Below, piece after piece: positions 49,096 to 63,584 of a DNA stretch of 64,000 bases. Below the pieces are notes generated by a model, which was not told the origin of the DNA, did not search any database, and was given only the letters and a program-made list of their open reading frames with translations. The DNA lies in the NCBI GenBank assembly GCA_002104905.1, contig MCFE01000227.1, forward strand, positions 1 through 64,000, read 5' to 3'. This stretch comes from Basidiobolus meristosporus CBS 931.73 (Eukaryota; Fungi; Basidiobolomycota). A program made the position numbers and the translations under genes. Numbering within the stretch: position 1 is the stretch's first letter; the number at the start of each line of letters is the position of its first letter.

Positions 49096-49799
49096 AATAG
49101 CTCACACACATTATTATTACCCAAATACCAACACCAAGAATATCATCTTCCTACAGGGAGAATAAGCCAAAGTCAGCATACAATTGCAGCTAAGATGTAA
49201 GCCATAAGCCATATGCCAGATTATTGAAATAATTGTAAACTCAAGATACTTAAGATAGAGGGTATCTGTTAGCACAAAAGCTTTCCATTGGGAGCAATGC
49301 ATTTGCTTTTCAACAATATCCCTTTACTAATGACCAAGTTGTACATGGTGTATGTAAGGCTAAATGGGCCCATAATGATACAAGAGAAAATTAAAAAGAA
49401 TTGCTGTAGGCTGCTGTACTGCTGAAATGATGCCAGCAAAGGTTTGCAATGAGGTGGCCAGAACAGCAACAGGTGTCTGGCCATATAAGGGAAATTGATG
49501 TATTGACTGGTTAAATGTGCCCTGATCAATGCGGAGGGCATTAAGACTGTTAGAATGCCATGCAATTCTTGTCAAATGCATGCTTATACACTGTCAGACT
49601 TTATACTTTAATTGGCAGTCAAATCAACACAAAGCTGTCACAATTCTCTCATAAGATTATGTGGAGGATTAATAATTCCAAGCTGCTTGCATTATGATGG
49701 GCTCATCATGGGATTGTGATAGTGGTTCTGGATAGGAGCAACCTGCAGGACCAAATTATTTCTTATAGCGGAGGCTTTGACACACAGTGAGCACCCCAA

Positions 49800-52330
49800 A
49801 TAGAAATACTTAAGATGTCTTGGGCATATTTCTCCTTTGGACTTACAAACCATCATAGCTTAAGAAAATACTGCAGTTCTTGTTAATTAATGCTTTAACC
49901 CAAGAAAAGGCTGAATCCCATCATATCCAAGAAGAATTCAAAACAAGACAAAAGATGTTTCTCAAGAGCTTAGAGTGGACTTGAATACTGCAAGGACTTA
50001 TTGCAAAGACTGGCAGACAAGGTGCTACACCTTGCAGTGCTAGCTGAAGACCAGGATGTATGAGAACCACTGAATGAATAAGGACATAAAGCTGCAGGGT
50101 ACTTTGGCTGAAACAATTATTGAAGGGTGGACTTCAATGTAGTTACATGTTGAGTGTGGGATTAGGCTTAATGCCAATCTACAGTATAGGACTTGGCAAT
50201 TGGGGTACTGCTGAAGATAGAATGGAAACAAACCATATATGCACAAAAGGTAAGAGCACTATCTGAGTCAGGAAGTAAGAAGTGCAAAAAACATGAAATA
50301 GCCAATCAATGTACAGAAGATAGGAGGTGACTGAGTTTCAGGGATCATAATGTGAAGGAATTGGCAGAGAACCAATTGAAAGTAACTTTTGTATTGCTGT
50401 GATCAAAAATCTTGATCATGTTTTTGGGAACACTGAGGTATAATTTTTCAAGATGGTCTTTGTAAGAAGTCCTAATGGCATCATTACCTCCAAGTAACAG
50501 AATATAAATAGCAAGAACTTAAATGACTTTTGCAATGCCTACAGTGCAGTTTTGGTGCAATAACAGATGCAGCAAAAGATTACAGCACCTATTTAAAAGC
50601 AGCACTCCTGAGATTGTGACACCTTGAGGCTCACCTCCACCTTGTGAATAAAGGATGCAGAGTGATAGCTCTGAAGCAGCAGGATCACTGCTGGATTGCA
50701 AGCCTATCTCTTTGAACAACAGTATGCTGCATGAGCCTGCAAAATCCCATTATATAATGAGAAAACACATGTGAGAGAAAGTACTGAAGATACTCTATGT
50801 GGTTAAGTGATACCAGTAATACATCCAGTGGTGAATAATGTGATGTTGTGGCTAGAGTAGTAGCACATTTCTACTAATATGAGTAATGGGGGCTTTGAGG
50901 ATTTACCAACAACTCTTGCCAAGATCATCCCAATATGCAGCTTACCATGTATATGGTACAAGTGGACAACCATTATGCAGCTGGCAACATATGACCTAGA
51001 CCTTGCCCTGATTACAGCATGTGTTAACAGTAACATGGCATTCACATCTGAAAATGCCACCATTGCAAGGTGTCCCACTAGTCAGGAATCCACCAATATT
51101 GGGGGAAAATATTGTTTGCACTCCAGATATATTCTAGTAATGCCCTGTCTATAGAAGATCATGCTGTCCAAAAAATATTGTGAAGTTATGAAGTACCACA
51201 CTCACTATCAATTAGGTGCAATCCTTTCCAATATACTCAATGGCAAGCATTGCAAACAGCCAAGAAGCAATGGCTACTTTGAAGGTATGCATGACCATGC
51301 CTTTGCCTTGTCACTTGATGGATTCACATTAAATTGACACACTACCAGCAAATCCCACTTACTAATGATTCTCATCAACCTGTATCTGCTGCCTATCTTA
51401 TAGTGTCTGAGTGGAGATCTGATGGTGATCTCACAGATATCAGGGCCAAAATTACCATCCAACCTAGATAGCTACCTGTAACCATTGCTGGAAGAATTTT
51501 GTATGCTCTCCAGTAGGATAACAGTAAATGGCTATTATGTGAAAGCTCATATTATCATCTGCATTGGATATACCCTGGCCATCAGCAAGATAGTAGGTTT
51601 TTCTGGGCCCAAGGTAAGGGATTACCTTCAAATATGTAAAATCCAGGGGACTAAATACATAATTCACATACATTACTATTACCAAAACACCAGCACTAAG
51701 AGCATCATCTTCCCACAGATAGAACATACAGAAGTCAGCATGCCATTGCGGCAAAGTTGGAAGCTATAAGTCATTTGTTGGAATACAAAATTAATTGGAG
51801 CCCAGAGATAAGATAGTGGGTATCTGTTGGAACAAAAGCTTTCTACTGGGAGCAATACATTTGCTTTTCAACAATATCCTTATACTAGTGACCAAGTTGC
51901 ACAAGAGGAGGTAGAAAAAGCAAATATAATTTGGTAAATTGATATGGTAGCATTATGCAAAACTACTGTAGGCCACCATACTGCCATAATAGTGTCCTCA
52001 GTTACTTGCTATGAGGCTATCAAGACACCACCAAGTTTGTTGCCATTTAAGGCAATTGGATGTATTGGCCAGTTAGATCAACTCAAATGGTTGCAGAACA
52101 CTCCAAGACTGCAACAATGTCATGCCACCTCTAGCTAAGCACCACTAAACACTGTCAAGTTTTAACTTTATTTGGCAGTAAAAATAGCTAAATGCTGTTA
52201 TGATTCTGTCATAATACTGCATAAAGGGTCTTTAATTCCATGCTGATGGTTTTATAATGGTCCCCTGATGAAAATCTGACAGCTGATATGGATTGGGTCT
52301 GCCTGCAGGACCAAATTTTTCTTCATAGGA
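49800..52330. mobile_element. Two fused En/Spm fragments (minus-oriented second-gene end, then plus-oriented transposase with right terminus)
   Basis: Homology to 21.3-21.9 kb (inverted) and to 24.6-25.7 kb; TTCATAGGA terminus near 52330. Confidence 0.62.
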
Positions 52331-52339
52331 GCACGGTCA

Positions 52340-55300
52340 TGCATATCTTTGAAGTAGCTGTTGCTTCATGGTTGCTTTTATTGTTTGCCTTCAAACATAT
52401 TGGAAATATTTGTACTTGATTGATAATGAGTACAGTACTTTGTAGCTTTACAATACTTGTTGAACTGCATGAGCTTCTTTAGACAGGGCATTACTGGAGT
52501 ATACCCAGAGTGTGAACAATGTTTTCCTCCCATGGTGGTTGGTTCCTGACAACCTGGGCACCTTTCAATGGTGGCATTTTCTGATGTGACTGCCATATAA
52601 CTGCTAACATACCCTGGTATAAGGATGGTCTCTGGGTCACATGTTGCCAGCAGCTTGAAGGTTTACTTCTTGTACCAAGTACATGTTAAGTTACATCCTG
52701 GAATGATTTTGGCAAGAAGTAGTGGTAAAAACTCAAAGCCCCATTATTGATATTGGTGGAAATACACCACTTCTCTAGCCATATTATTGCATCATTAACC
52801 AATAAGTGAACTACAGAGTCCACTTTGCCCCATAAAGTGTTGTTGCATTTTTTTCACAGGTATTGTTACATTGCACACTGAGATTTTGCTGGGCTCATTC
52901 ACAGTACTGTTATCAGGGGAGATAGACTCACAATCCATCAGTGAGCCTTTTTCTTCAATGCCAAGACTCTGAAAACCATATTCAGGAGGCCAAGGTGAGA
53001 CTAAAGACATTGCACACACACCTGAATCAGCGTGCACAAGGTGACAAGTATTGCCACATGCCTTTATAAAATACTAAGTGGCCAGCATGAAATTTTGGGC
53101 ACAATAGTGACTGATCAATGCTCAAATATGGCTTGTGGGGGAAACACTGGCCATGATCCTTGAAAGACTTCCTATGCTGTCTGAATGCTTCATGGCTGAG
53201 AAACTTGTTAATATGGCCACATGGTTGTTTTTCCCATTTACAATGTTGCTGCCCATAAGTCAAACAGATTGACACTCAACAAGATAATGTTATTATATCA
53301 CTTTTTTGTCTATATTCCTATGATCTTAAGACAGTTTTGTAGTCAAGACTTTGTACCTTCATGAATGTAAGGTTCAACAATGACCCACCATAGTAAGTAT
53401 TATGTGTATAAGTATGACACCTCATACATTTGTATATGTAACACTATTTACATTTGGTTTGACTTACTTGCACTTATATGCTTCAAGAAAATAAAGCAAA
53501 CCTCTCTGGTTCCATACTAAATTCTAAATTAAGTTATAGCAGAAAAACAGTTGGACAACATATTGCTCTGACCTTCAGTGCAACATGCAGGGATACATTC
53601 ATAAAATGTCATGTTGACAGTGTGCCCATTGTGTGTAATAATTCATGCTCCTCAGACTTGCAGTCTAGCAAGTAACTCAGAATCTCTACAGAGTCTCAAG
53701 CCAACGATAATGCTCCAGCAGATGAGAGTGTAGCAAACTCAATACCTCAATCAGAAGTCCAACAAATGACCATCATAATATCACCACCACTGATATCAAC
53801 AGGTATTTGTCACTTACACCAAGTATAAATCAGGCAGTTAGGTGTAGTGGCTAACAGGATAGATGCAATGGCCTAGCAAAATTATGAAATAGTCTGGAGA
53901 CAGGATGAGTGGACAATAAGTGTAGGGCAATCAATATTGTAGGTAGAGTGTGCAGTATCTAGGCTGCAAAGAAGGAATTAAATTAGCTTGATGTCACAGC
54001 CAAGAATTGTGCTGCTTCCCCATGTAGCAGTAGAGGAACACTGTACAGTTTTTGAAGCACAGCAATATTGCCCAAAGACAATCACAGTAACACCAGTCAC
54101 AGCATACAAGGGGGATACTGTGATATACATACACAAGTCTAAAAATCAATAGACATCAAATATCCATGAAGCTGTTGAGTGCAATGAAGAAGAGTTGGCT
54201 AATATTCAAGAAGCTGTAAGAAGTCTAGCACTGCATTATCTCTAGGCTGGCATACTATGGGACCATGAGGAACCTAAGGTCAGGCAGAATGCACTTGACC
54301 TGTTCCAGGATCACCATCCTGGACTCAAGCAAGCAAATGGAATTTGGGCACCCATTGGTATATTAGGAAAGTATCTGAAGAACAGCAGAATCTTCAAAGG
54401 CCAAAAACCAGGGGTGCCTTGACTAAGAGCTGTCTGGTTGCCAGAGGAGTGCCAGTAATAAGCAAGAAGGCAAAAATGGATGCATCAATATGGCAATTAT
54501 CAGGACCTGTCAGTGATATAAATCTGCAGCTTTTTCTGGATCTTGTCACAAGCAGGACTGAATGATCCAAACAAGCAGTAAAGAAACATCAGCTTGCCAG
54601 GAGAGTACAGGTAAAGTACAAGCAGGCAGAAGTAAATGCATCAGTGCCACACTAATCAAGGAGAAAATATGGTTCAATAGAAGAAACACTCAATCACAGT
54701 AGCAGTCATGAACCTGACAAGGATTAAACCTATGTCTTTCTCAAAAGCCTGTCATGAGCATGGCTCAAAGCTCCAAAGAAGTGGCAAAGAAATATCAGGC
54801 TGCTGGGAGAGTGCCAGCAAGGGACAAGCAGGAGAAAGCAGATTCACCAGTGCAGCATTCATCATGGAGAGAATGTAGTACAATACAAGAAACACTCAGT
54901 GAAAGTAGCAGTGAAAGCTTTAGCAGTGTCACAGGTAAAGATAAAGAGTGAAAAGTCTACCCCAGCCCAATAGAGGCAAGCCTGAGAAACAAGCTACAGT
55001 TATCATCAATCAATGCTGCTAGCCCAGAACAGGCTGAATCCCTTAATAGCCAAGGAGAATTATCATCGGCAAAAAGGCTGTTTTCTCAAGAGTTGAAGGT
55101 GAAGTCAGTTGAGCTGCACTCCACAGAGGTAGATGAGCTTACAGAGAGAGACAATTTATTGATCAATACCTCCATGCTGTCCATTGTTCATAGAGTGGAG
55201 AGTCTACTGACAGACAAAGCAACAATGTCCAGAGCTCTAAAGACTATCACAATGCCTATGATGGAATTTTGGAATATTACTAGACACACTAAGAGGTTGC

Positions 55301-58300
55301 AGCACTTCTTCAAGAAAAGTGCTTAAGAAAACACACTAAGAAATTGCAAGGATTTATTGCAACAGCTAGTAGATAAGGTGCCAGATCTTGAATTGCTTGC
55401 TGAAGACCTGGATGTATGGGAGCCAGTGAATTCAATTTAGCACAAAGCAGTAGGCCCTATGAAAAAAGATTTGGTCCCACTGGTGGATCCAATCCAGATC
55501 AGCCATCAGGATCCTGCTTGGAGACCAACATAATACCAGCAGTTTGGAATTACTGACCCTCTTGACAATCTTATGGCTGGATCATAATGGCGCATTGCTG
55601 ATTTTATGACCAAATAAAGTTATAAAACTTGATGGGGTTTGAATGGTGCTGTGAGAATAATTGGATGGCATTGTAGCGGTCTTGTGGCACACTACAACAA
55701 TTTCAAATGGATCTAACTGACCAGGACATCCAATTGCCTTATATGGTAAAAAACCTGACAGTTTATCATCAGCCTCACTGCAAGAATCTGAAGCTATTAT
55801 TAAGGCAGTATGGCAGCTTACAGTTGGTTCTGTATAATGCTAGTGTTGCAATTTACCAAATGGTATTTCCTTTCTCTACCTCTGCTTTTGCAACTCATTT
55901 ACTCCACTGTAGAGTTCCCCTCATTATTTGCTTACCCACTGCTATCTTGGCTATTCCACATATAGATTGAATTAAAAAAAAATATGACCTCCTGCTAACT
56001 AACCTCTACCAATGTTCACACCTGGCACAATTGACATACTTCCATCACCTCAGCTTTATGGCTTTTTAGTGTGATACTTGCAAAGATACCATATATCTTG
56101 TACTGCTGGTAACATACATATCTTGCAAACATATTCTTTGTTGATGCCACTTCTGCCCGGAATACCTTCTGAATATCTGCAAAGAACTTCTTGGTAGTTA
56201 GGAAATGTATTCCATCTCCCTGCTGGATTCTAGTCCCCCTCAAAGGTGCACTCTGGCTTTTGTTTGTGTTCATTCTGTGTTGAATGGTGCACAACAGCTG
56301 TAGATGAGTCAAGTTGGCATTGGTAATCCACTTATGGATAAAGATTCCTCCAATGTCCACATATGACTCCTAGTGCTTCCAATGTACTCTTGGTAGGAAT
56401 GGCCTCAGAACACCACTTGAATAAATACATATCCAGTTCATTCAATCTAGGCATTTGAATTGTTGCATATGTGTATGAATATTGATTTGAGCCTGTGAGA
56501 GGTACTTAGGGTAGTGGATACTCTGTGATATTTTGCCAATCCTTTCAAATATCTCCAGTATTGCAAAGGGCTCATTTAACTTAGAATGCCCCATGTACAA
56601 CTTGGTCATCAGCATACAAATATGCATTGAATAAGCATTGCTCCTAGTGGAAAGCTCTTGCTCCAACAGATACCATCTATTTTAAGTATCTCCAGTTTCC
56701 AATTGATTCTATATTATGGCCAATGGCTTATAGCTTGTCAACTTTGCTGCAATTGCATGCTGACTTCTGTATGTTCTCTTTGCGGGAAGATAATGTTCTC
56801 AGTGTTGGCATTTGGGTAATACCAATGTGTGTGAGTTATAGTGCAAGTCCCCTGGATCTCACACATTTGACAGCAATGCCATCCATTTTACCCAGAAAAA
56901 TCTGCTATCTTAGTGATGGCTGGGGTGTCACTAATGCAAATAATAATATGCACTTTGACATGATGGCCATTTACTCCTATGCCACTGGAAAGCATACAAA
57001 ACATATCCAGTAATGGATACAGGTAGCTATCCAGGCTGGACAGTGATTCAGGCCCCAATACCAGTGAGACTACCATTAGATTTTTACTCTGATACTATTA
57101 GATGGGCAACAGATTCAGATTGGTGAGAGTCAGTGGCCAGCAGCATTTTTTAGTAGAGTACTTGCTTAATTGGAATCCATCAAGTGCTAAGGCCAAGGCA
57201 TGGTCATACATATTTTCAAGGTAGCCTTTGCTTCTTAGCTGTTGGTAATATTTGCCATCAAATATATTGGATATGTTTGCACCTGATTGATATTGAGGCG
57301 GTAGTGTATAGCTTTCCAATATTTGTCAAGCTGCATTAGCTTCTTTTGACAGGGTCTTACTGGAATGTATCCAGAGTGGGATCAATGTTTTCCCTCAATG
57401 TTGGTGGATTCCTGACAGCTTGGACACATTGCAATGGTGGCATTTTTGGATGTGAAGGCCATGCAACTGTTAACACATGCTGGAATCAGGGCAGTCTCTG
57501 GGTCATATCTTGCCAGCCACATGATGGTTGTCCACTTGTAATATGTAGATGGTATGTTGCATCCTGAAATGATTTTGGCAAGAAGTCATATTAAGTCCTC
57601 AAAGCCCCCATTACTGATATTAGTGGATATGGGCTACTTTTCAAGCCACAGCATCACATCCTTTGCCAGTTGATGGACTACTGGGCTAGATCTTGCAGTG
57701 CCAGCCAAAGACCAGGGCATGTGGGAGCCATGAATGAATAGTGACATTAAGCTGTAGGGTTCCTCCCAAAGTAGTGGAACAAGAGTGTTACAGCAGAAAT
57801 ACTTATTGAGTGGTGGATTTTAATGGAGTTGCTTGTTGAATGTGGGGTTGAGCTTAATGTTAGTGTATGGTATAAGGACTTATATAGGTCACTACAATTG
57901 GCAATTGAGGCCCAACTGAAGCTTCAACAGAAACAAATCAATTTGTACACATGAAAAGTAAGAGAAATGGTTGAGTCAGGAAGCAAGGAATGTGAAAAAG
58001 AGGCAAAAGCTAATCAATGAACACAAATGAAGGAGGTGATAGAGTGTTGGGGATCAGAAAGTGAGAAAATCAGTAGGGAACCAATCAAAAACAAATTATA
58101 TATTGTTGTGATGAGAAATTTTGACTGACTTTTTTGTGAAATCTGGGGTCCAATTGTTGTTCAATGATCTCTGGACAGTGTCCTGATGTGATCAGTACCT
58201 CTTAGTCATGGGACTTTAAATTTGTGATGGCCTTTTGATGGGATCATTACAATAATTTCTCATAGGGAGGGTTCCCACCAAAGACACAGATATAAGGTGT

Positions 58301-58775
58301 AATGGCAGAAGCTCATACTGGATGGTGGGTCTTAATGGAGTCACTGGCTCACTGTGAGACTGGGCTAAATGCTAGTGTTTGGTATGAGGACCTATATAGG
58401 TTAGCATAGTTGGCTATTGGCCTATAGCTGTATATTCTACAGAGTTATTCTAACTTGTATGCATGACTAGTACAGGTGTTTTTTGAGTCAGGAAGGAAGG
58501 AGTCTGAAAAAGAGGCAATAGTCAATCAATGTACACAAGTGCAGGAGGTAATTTAGTGTTGGGGATCAGAAAGTGAGCAAACTAGCAGAGAACTAATCAA
58601 GAGCCCCCATGTATTGTTGTGATAAATATTTTGCCCAAGCTTTTTGTCAAATCTGGGGTGCTATTCTTCCAAATGGCCTTTTGTGGTGTCCTAATGGCAT
58701 TGATACCTCTTAGTCACTGAATTTAAATTTTGTGATGGCCTTTTGTCAGGATCATCACAATTGCTTTTCATAAGG
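52340..58775 (-). mobile_element. En/Spm relic, host of the nested 55455-58267 copy
   Basis: Transposase N-terminus 52.4-53.0 kb; second gene 53.5-55.45 kb, resuming at 58268; CATAAGG terminus at 58769-58775. Confidence 0.68.
55455..58267 (-). mobile_element. Internally deleted En/Spm element, 2813 bp, perfect 3-bp TSD
   Basis: CCCTATGAAAAA...TTTCTCATAGGG; TSD AGG (55452-55454, 58268-58270); deletion junction near 57690. Confidence 0.88.
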
Positions 58776-58799
58776 TAGGTTCCCTTCAATATTAAGCAG

Positions 58800-59585
58800 T
58801 CATGGCTCAGCTACAAACTGTTGTCAAAATCTGTAATTCTACCTTAATACTCACCTGACTTAGTCACTTAGATCATTACCTTGAAATCCTAGAGAATACT
58901 GACCAAATTCCTTAGTTGGATCTGCTTGGAGTATGTTTACCAAAAAATCAGATGCCCAGAGCAGGAGAATTCCCAAAGGTGTCCCAGCAGCCTCAAAGTT
59001 TGCACACATGTTCTTGGGACCTTCCTCAACCTATTCTATGTGTTTGCTATGTCAAGACCAAGTAAAAGTATAAATACTTCTTTTGCATTCAATATATCAT
59101 TAAGTAGAAAATACAATATCTACTTGTTCTCCCAATCACTTCCAGTATCTCCAAGACTCTTACAACAGTCTATGAGCCTCAAGCTGACACTATCTGCAAT
59201 ATCTACCACTGCTATTACTGATATTTCTCCTTCTGCTGAAAAGTTGGATGGATCTAACAACCAAATGAGGAAGGTGAAGATTGAGATTCTGCTACAAGAA
59301 AGAGGCCTTTGTGATATTGTCATGGGAGAAGAATGCCCTCCTAAAAACATGGGAGATGAGTCGTTAAAGTACCAGAAGAAAGAACAAAGTGCCTTTGACT
59401 ACACTTGCCTTAATGTCAAAGACAAACTGTTAATTCAATGCTCAAGAGCAAAAGCTGCAAAGAATACCTTGTAGCCATTAGAAGACACCTACCATTCATG
59501 TTCAGCTGCCAAGAAAGTGTACCTTAGACAATAATTCTCTACTACAAAGATGCTGCCAGAAGAAGAAAAAAATATAATTAACAGC
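58800..59585 (+). pseudogene. Copia leader + gag relic, cut by the En/Spm at 59586
   Basis: SAEKLDGSNNQMRKVKIEILLQERGL; homologous to 2.6-3.55 kb. Confidence 0.8.
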
Positions 59586-61657
59586 CCCTATGAGTAATTA
59601 TTATGATTATCCCATCAAAAGGCTATCACAAATTGAAAGTTCTGTGACTAAGAGGTACTGATCCCATCACAACACCATGCCAAGATTGTTGGAAAATAAT
59701 TGCATCCCAGATTTCACAAAAAACTTAGTCAACATTTTTCACCACAACATCATATAAGTGGCTTTTGATTGGTTCCTTCCAACTTGCTTACTCTCTGATC
59801 CCAGACCCTTGATCACCTCCTATGTTTGTTTACATTGATTTGCTGTTGCATCTTTTTTGCACTCCTTACTTCCTGACTCAACTGTTTCTAAACTTTTTAC
59901 AGGAAAAAATTGATATATTTCTATTGAAACTTCAGTTGTATGTCAATTGCCAACTTTATTGACCTATACAAGTCCCTATACCCTACAATAACATTAAGCC
60001 CAACTCTGCACCCAGCAAATAACTCCATTAAAATCCACCACTCAATAAGTATTTCTGCTGTAACACTCTGTTTCCATATCTCCTGTGGGAACTCAATGGC
60101 TTTATGCCACTATTCATTTGCTGGTTTGTACACATCCTGGTCTTCAGCCAGCACTGCAAGGTCAAGCACCTCATCTGCCAGTCTTTGCAATAAATCCTTG
60201 CAATAGTCAAGTGTGTTTTCTTGAGCACTGCTCTTGAAGAAGTGCGGCAACCTCTTAGTGTGCCTATTAGTGTTCCAACATTCCACTGAAGGCATTATGA
60301 TATTCTTTCAAGTTCTTCACATTGTAGCCTTGTCTGTAAATCAGATCATCATTCTGTCAGCAATGGAGGATGTGGAAGCTGTGGTAGACAAATTGCCATT
60401 CTATGCAAATGCATCTACCTTGCTGGAGTATAGCTCAACTGGTGGCACTTCTAACTGTTGTGAAAACAGCTGTTTTTTGTTGGTAAATCTTCTGGGCTAT
60501 AGTGAGACTCAGTCTGTTCTGGGCTTACAGCATTAGTTGGCAAGAACTGTAGTTTTTTTTTGTATGCTTCCCTGTCTCAGGCTTAGGTAGACATTATTCC
60601 CTTTACCTTTGCCTTTATCACTGCCAGGTCTTTCATTGCTAATTTGTCTGAGTACCTCATGTAAAGAACTACATTTTCTCCTGGACAAAGTGGAAATAGT
60701 GTTACAGATACATGTGTATGTGGTGCCACAATTTTATTTATTATGCTCACTATGGCAGGTCATCACTGAATCTTACATTCATCTAGGTGCAATGTCTCAA
60801 ATACACAACTGACTTAAATTTACATGAGTATTGACCAAAAACTGCTGTAATAGTGTTATGTTGCTGAAGGCTAAGCTGTTTCTCCCATAGACAAGAATAC
60901 TTTGCTTCAACATTGTAAGAGAAGAGAAAAAAGACCATGCAGCTGTTGTAGCAAGCCTGTCAGCAATGAAGTATGCATATATCATAGGAAGTATTACTAG
61001 GATCATGGCCAGTGTTTTGCCACACAAGTCATAATTGACCATTCAGTAGTCACTGCTGTACCAGCATTTTCTTGGCAGCCAGTTGATACTCCTATATTGG
61101 GAGCTAGCCATCCTTGTAACCTTGTGCAAACTGAGTCAGGAGAGTTTGTGATGCCTTTAGGCTCACCTCAGCCTTCTGAATATGGCATGTAGAGTGATAG
61201 CTCTATTAGAGAAGGCTTGCTGATGAATTGTGAGCCAACCTCCCCTAACAGCAGCACCACACATGAGCCTGGTCAAGTCCCAGTATGTAATGAGAGAGCA
61301 CTTGTTGAAGCAAATACCAAGGATACTTTATGGAGCCAAGTGAGCCCTGTAATCCATGTACTTGTGTGTAATGGAATGTTGTGGCTAGAGAAGTGTCATG
61401 TTTCCACTAATATCAGTATTGGGGCTTTGAGGATTTACTACTACTTCCTGCCAAAATCATCCCAGGATGCAACTTAACATGTACTTGGTACAAGAGGTAA
61501 ACCTTCAAGCTGCTGGCAACATGTAACCCAGATACTGTCCTGATTCCAGCATGTGTAAACAGTTGCATGGTATTCACATCCAAAAATACCACCATTGCAA
61601 CGTGTCCAAATTGCCAAGAATCCACCACCATTGAGGGAAAACATTTCCACACTCTGG

Positions 61658-63584
61658 AGTAGTAAGGTCACTGTGACACCCACTGACAGATGTGCTCATT
61701 CCCATATTATCTACTTCCCTATTTTTTCACTACCCTTATATTGGTTTTATCCTATTTGTCTTACTTGATCAGTACTATTCCTTAAGCCACTGACTATCAC
61801 TCCTGCTTACCTTATTGCCTAAGCTATCTCTCACTTTATGTACAATTACTTGATGTCAGTGCTTCTATGTTAGGCAGATACTCAAACCTGTATCTGTAGC
61901 ACTTGATCAAACCACATCACTATCCCTACCACTTTTGTACCATATATGGTATGCATTTGTTCCACAGGTTTCAGAATACTGATCCCTGATTGGTTGGGCC
62001 TGCTGTGCCTCTTAGAACCTTCCAGCAGCTACTTAAAATATGCTTAGCTCATTCTGATGTCATTGATGCTCCCTATCTGACCACTGAAACCTTCTGGAAC
62101 ACCATGATTAGTAATCACTTAGCCAGCAAGAAAGGTATATAAGGGGGGCAATCCCTCAACAATACATCATTATCCCTTTTATTAATATACCAACTTGTTG
62201 ATTAGTGTGATCACTGCTACCTGCTGTTACCTGAACTTTCAAACCCAGACCACAGGACACTCCCAGGAAGCCATGTTGAGAGCCAACTGACCTTGGAGGC
62301 ACTACTTGTGAGGAATATTTAGAATATGTATCTTTTATTATATTTGATTCTTTGCCAAGTATGTTCTTGTACAGGCAAAGATACTTATTGGTCTTTGTAA
62401 CTATTGGCCACAGCTGCATTCTTATAAAGTCCCTGCTGGTGGAGTTTACAGTTGTCTTGACTTTGGAAGCTTTAGTATATTGTCATCTCAAAGGACGCTG
62501 TAGTGGGGTGAAAGTGACACCCACTGACAGATGTGCTCATTCCCTTATTTTCTACTTCCCTATATCCCTACTACACTCATTTTAGTTTTATCCCATTTGT
62601 CTTACCCAATCAGTACTATCCCATAAGCCGGTTGACTATCACACCTGCTTACCTTATTGCATAAGTTACCCCTCACTTGATGAAAGATTACTAGTTACAA
62701 GTGCTTCTATATTAGGCAAGTACCCGCGCCAGTACCCGTGACACATGATCAACCCGTGACACCATCCCCACCATTTCCATACCATATATGGTATCCCCAT
62801 GTTACACAGGTTTCAGAATACTGATTCCTGATTGGTTGGATGTGCTGTGCCTCTTAGAACCTTCCGGCACCTACTTAGAACATTCTTAGGTCATTCTGAT
62901 GTCATTAAGATTTCTATTGATATCCGGAACCTTCTGGAACACCATGATTAGTAATCACTTAGCCAGTAAGAAAAGTATATAAGGGAGGCTATCCCTCAAC
63001 AATAAATCATCATCCCTTTTATCAATATACCAACTTGTTGATTAGTGTGATCACTGCTACCTGCTGCTACCTGAACTTCCAATCCTAGGCCACAGGACAC
63101 TCCCAGGAAACCGCGCTGACAGCAACTGACCTTGGAGGCACTACTTGTGAGGAATACTCAGAGTAGGTATCTTTTATTATATTTGATTCTTTCCCAAGTT
63201 TGTTCTTGTACAGGCAAAGATACTTTTCTGTCTTTGTAACTATTGACCAAAGCTGCATTCTTATCAAGTCCCTGATGGTGGAGTTTACAGTTGTTTTGAC
63301 TTTGGAAGCTTTAGTACATTGTCATCTCAAAGGACGCTGAACCTAGCACATACTTTTGTTAAGACGCCAACTAAGTTGGGAATTGTAGCTCAATAGTTTT
63401 CCCTTGACAAGCTTGTGGCTTTATTCCCCTTCACATTAGATTAGAGACAGAACCCAAGTATTCCTAGCAAGCTTTTGCCAGAGGTTATTGCACCCAGTGA
63501 ACACCCCACACACAAAACACTTGAGAAGTGTTGGACGTATCTCTCCCTTGGACTTATACACCACCACAACGCTGAACCACCACA
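61658..63584 (+). mobile_element. Older solo LTR of the Ty3 family in the 30-37 kb element (outer LTR)
   Basis: (A)GTAGTAAGGTCACTGTGACACC start and CCACCACA end; flanks CTGG / CCAG; split by the inner LTR. Confidence 0.8.
62499..63568 (+). mobile_element. Younger solo LTR (1070 bp) inserted into the older LTR
   Basis: TGTAGTGGGG...CCACCACA with perfect 4-bp TSD ACGC (62495-62498, 63569-63572). Confidence 0.93.

Larger units (their letters stand above)
42946..49770 (+). mobile_element. En/Spm relic with three nested insertions
   Basis: CCCAATGAGAAA left end; second gene 44.4-46.9 kb; transposase 47.3-49.35 kb; degenerate TTATAGCG right end. Flanks (GCT/GAG) do not form a TSD. Confidence 0.68.

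Noticed and set aside
18337-49200. Recurrent small ORFs in foldback arms (MKMQSYVSHSVAKY..., MGIEYQMH..., MDQDSAIHF...) as a peptide gene family
   Set aside because: They recur only because the element is repeated; starts, stops and frames vary between copies and no domain is recognisable.
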